Source: Marsupella aquatica (lineage: Eukaryota; Plantae; Marchantiophyta). Taken from it: a stretch of DNA of 64,000 bases. The notes under the pieces were generated by a model, which saw nothing but the letters and a program-made list of their open reading frames with translations, was not told the origin of the DNA and made no database searches. The translations under genes and the position numbers were made by a program. Positions 61,565 to 64,000 of this stretch are shown one piece after another. How positions within the stretch are numbered: the stretch's first letter is position 1; each line of letters begins with the position of its first letter. The stretch spans positions 7,799,079 through 7,863,078 of the forward strand of contig OZ316898.1 in NCBI GenBank assembly GCA_973895155.1, written 5' to 3'.

Positions 61565-62224
61565 TCAAATCCAAGATATGTGGCTCCTAGCAGGAGTGCC
61601 TAGTGTAGGGTCAATGTCATGGTCAGGACAGTAAAACATCCCCTTCTTGGGCTGCCCATGCGCTGAGTGATCCCAAATTGTTCGATCATGGGCAAATCCC
61701 CTCTGTTGGATAAATAGTAGGCAGTCCTTGTGCCATGCCTTAGGACACCTCATGCACTGAACCAAAAATCCATTAGCCCCATCATTGGGCCCCTGTCCAC
61801 AAGTAAGACAAATATGGAGTCCACATGATGCTGTGCCAGGAACCAAACACTGCCGACAGTAAAACCGGGCACAGAGAGAGTCTGGACATTTTCTTACCTC
61901 TTCACCAATTTTTCCAGACACATGGCACTTAAAGCAAGAATGTTCCTCATTCTTGCAATCAACACAAAGCCATTCTCCAACATGGCCATCAGCGAGGGAT
62001 ATAGTTGGGCATAGCCATTGTTGACCCAAAGGACAGGAAACATTCTTATGGAAATGTCGGTGGCAAGGCCCATCACAAACAATGAGATCCCCTCCCTCAT
62101 CACAAATCACACATACATGTGGACTATTCTGGTTAATCTCAATGTCTGAATATAAGGACAATTGAGGTGCTTGAGAGGATTCACCTCTGCAACGATTCAT
62201 GGCCTTCTGCTTATTGCGAGCCAT
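61565..62224 (-). CDS. Stand-alone EDM2-type (NSD-like) multi-PHD finger protein, 219 aa, inside the CACTA
   Basis: CVICDEGGDLIVCDGPCHRHFH...WLCVDCKNEEHSCFKC...CPDSLCARFYCRQC..CGLHICLTC...QCMRCPKAWHKDCL...IWD...YCPDHDIDPTLGTPARSHISW is collinear with the EDM2 PHD cassette, including its YC..H.ID..L.TP.R.H C-terminus. The ORF is intact and intronless, with a splice acceptor just upstream of the ATG. Confidence 0.85.
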   Translation of the reverse strand: MARNKQKAMNRCRGESSQAPQLSLYSDIEINQNSPHVCVICDEGGDLIVCDGPCHRHFHKNVSCPLGQQWLCPTISLADGHVGEWLCVDCKNEEHSCFKCHVSGKIGEEVRKCPDSLCARFYCRQCLVPGTASCGLHICLTCGQGPNDGANGFLVQCMRCPKAWHKDCLLFIQQRGFAHDRTIWDHSAHGQPKKGMFYCPDHDIDPTLGTPARSHISWI

Positions 62225-64000
62225 GGTCCTGCACACTCAGACCCTACATCAGATTGTGAAACAAGAAGGAATAACAGGGTGCAGCATGACACAAAAGAAT
62301 GAGGGTGCAGCATAAAATATGACATGTAACCACAAGGGTGCAGCATAAACCAATGCTTTATAGATGGCAAAGCATTTAGGACTGAGCAGCGCAAATAACC
62401 TTGGCCTATGATTGGAAGCAATCACAAATATTGCAACCTGTATGCCTTCGCTTGCTGTACAGCAGTGCTCACTCACCCTGCCTTTTTAAAATCTGTAAGG
62501 GCAACACAGAACAAATAGCAATTGAGTTTCAGCAAAGCATTCATTTGGCTCTCAAGTTTTAAAATGGACAAAGCAAACACAACAATGTGCACAACAAAGC
62601 ACAGAGAGCAACAAAACTCCAGCAAACTGGGACTCAGGCAAGAGATACGAATTTTAGCAGTGAAATCAAATCAAGATTCGGACCTGTGAGTTCAACATGC
62701 AGTGCTCACTCACCCTGCCCTTTTTTAAATCTGTAAAAATCAAGTTTTATTGTGTGCCTTCTACATCTTAAGCTACTGCACACATCTATTACAGAACCAT
62801 AAGTTGCTTTACTCTCAACAAGCTGCTGGTCCACCCACTTTTTCAAAAGCTGCACCGTACTCTATCTTCGTGCACAAATGACTATACCGGGCTGCTGTCA
62901 GAGACCCTTACGAAGAATTTAAAATTGACCAAGCTGAGTTTAGTTTAGTTTCGTCCAGTTTGCAGACCAAAGGAAATCATGTGGCTGTATTCATGGAGTT
63001 GTATTCATTGCTGTGTATGGATGTTGTGTGAACATCAGACAATTAGCTGTAAATTACCATAGTTGAAGAGCAAGGCTTGTACAAAAGCCACTAAGGAATT
63101 CTCTGAGGTGGCACAGCAGTTGGCAAACCACACACAAAACTCTGAAACTTTTTGGCGACAAAATTCTACAGAGTCGCTGCTGGAATCAAGTGAGGATTCA
63201 CCATACATGCCTGCACTTCTCTTCAGTAAAAAAAAGAGAAAAGAAAAGGCTATGATACAGAGGGATGTCAAAAGAAGAGTAAGGAAACCAAATTTTCATT
63301 GAGGAACATAGACAGACTAAGGAAAACATCATACAATGGAAAACTAAGGACTACATTGTAATAATAAGAGATCAAGCTCACCTTGCACCACAAAGATTGT
63401 CACGACTCACCTCGCAGTTCCTCGCAGCTTAGGTCCAGGATGACATTTCAATATGGAGGAAAGGAGTTTACTCATTTAAAACAGAGAAGGAGTGGCATCT
63501 ACAGGGACTTTGGCAGCACACTGAAAAGGTTGGCGATACATCAGGTTATCTTTCTAGGTTGACACTGCCAATAGAATTTTGAACACAACAAACACAACAA
63601 ACACTGCCAGATATAGAATTTTGAACACAAGGGTATGGCATCCTGATTTGCCTAACTCAATCAACTTAATAGCATATTTTTATGTTCAATTAGGCAGCAC
63701 TAAATAGAACAGCCTTTCACGCAGTCAGAATAATTGGCAATAATTGCCAGACGACAACAAGACAACAAACTGAACTGAACATAGCAGACAAATCCAACAA
63801 GTAGCAATCAGAAATCAACAGCAGACAGACAGAGGACAACTCGGTCAGAACTCGGGCACTTGATTTAGTTGTGGTAAATAGCCGTTCAAGTTCTGGACAA
63901 GCAAGAGCAATACGTGAGCAGACTCCAGAAAAATCATCTCTTGAGATTGAGGAGAAAGGCATTCCCCAGCCAGCTTACCTATGTCTTGAAAAATGTATCG

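Larger units (their letters stand above)
52642..64000 (-). mobile_element. CACTA (En/Spm) DNA transposon, more than 11 kb; the other end is outside the window
   Basis: TIR CACTAGTAGAAAA at 52642. Dense AATGAC/GTCATT subterminal repeats to about 53375. Expected 3-bp TSD is TTC (52639-52641). Tnp2 and TnpA-like genes lie on the minus strand. Confidence 0.93.

Overview
Eukaryotic land-plant genomic DNA with GT-AG and GC-AG introns. The gene style suggests a bryophyte or liverwort, but that is inference only. There are three apparently intact host genes: an MDR/enoyl-reductase-like oxidoreductase (12155-14405 +), general transcription factor TFIIB (25821-28621 +) and aldose 1-epimerase (37287-40044 -). 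Two gene relics are also present: an argininosuccinate lyase exon and a malectin-like receptor kinase 5' half. The rest is largely nested transposable elements: three related Ty1/Copia elements, two MITEs, a 2.55-kb solo-LTR-like insert carrying an ORF, a truncated LINE, and a Ty3/Gypsy-like gag-protease element interrupted by a CACTA transposon of more than 11 kb. The notable signals are TE cargo and recoding. (1) The Gypsy-like polyprotein continues in frame into the SAM-binding motif I of a C5 cytosine methyltransferase, exactly where the CACTA inserted. (2) The CACTA carries an intact stand-alone EDM2-type PHD-finger cassette upstream of its transposase. (3) Two diverged Copia families share an in-frame TGA at the same gag/pol position, suggesting programmed readthrough. 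(4) The solo-LTR-like insert encodes a plant-mobile-domain-like protein. All protein family calls are from motif recognition by eye, without database searches.
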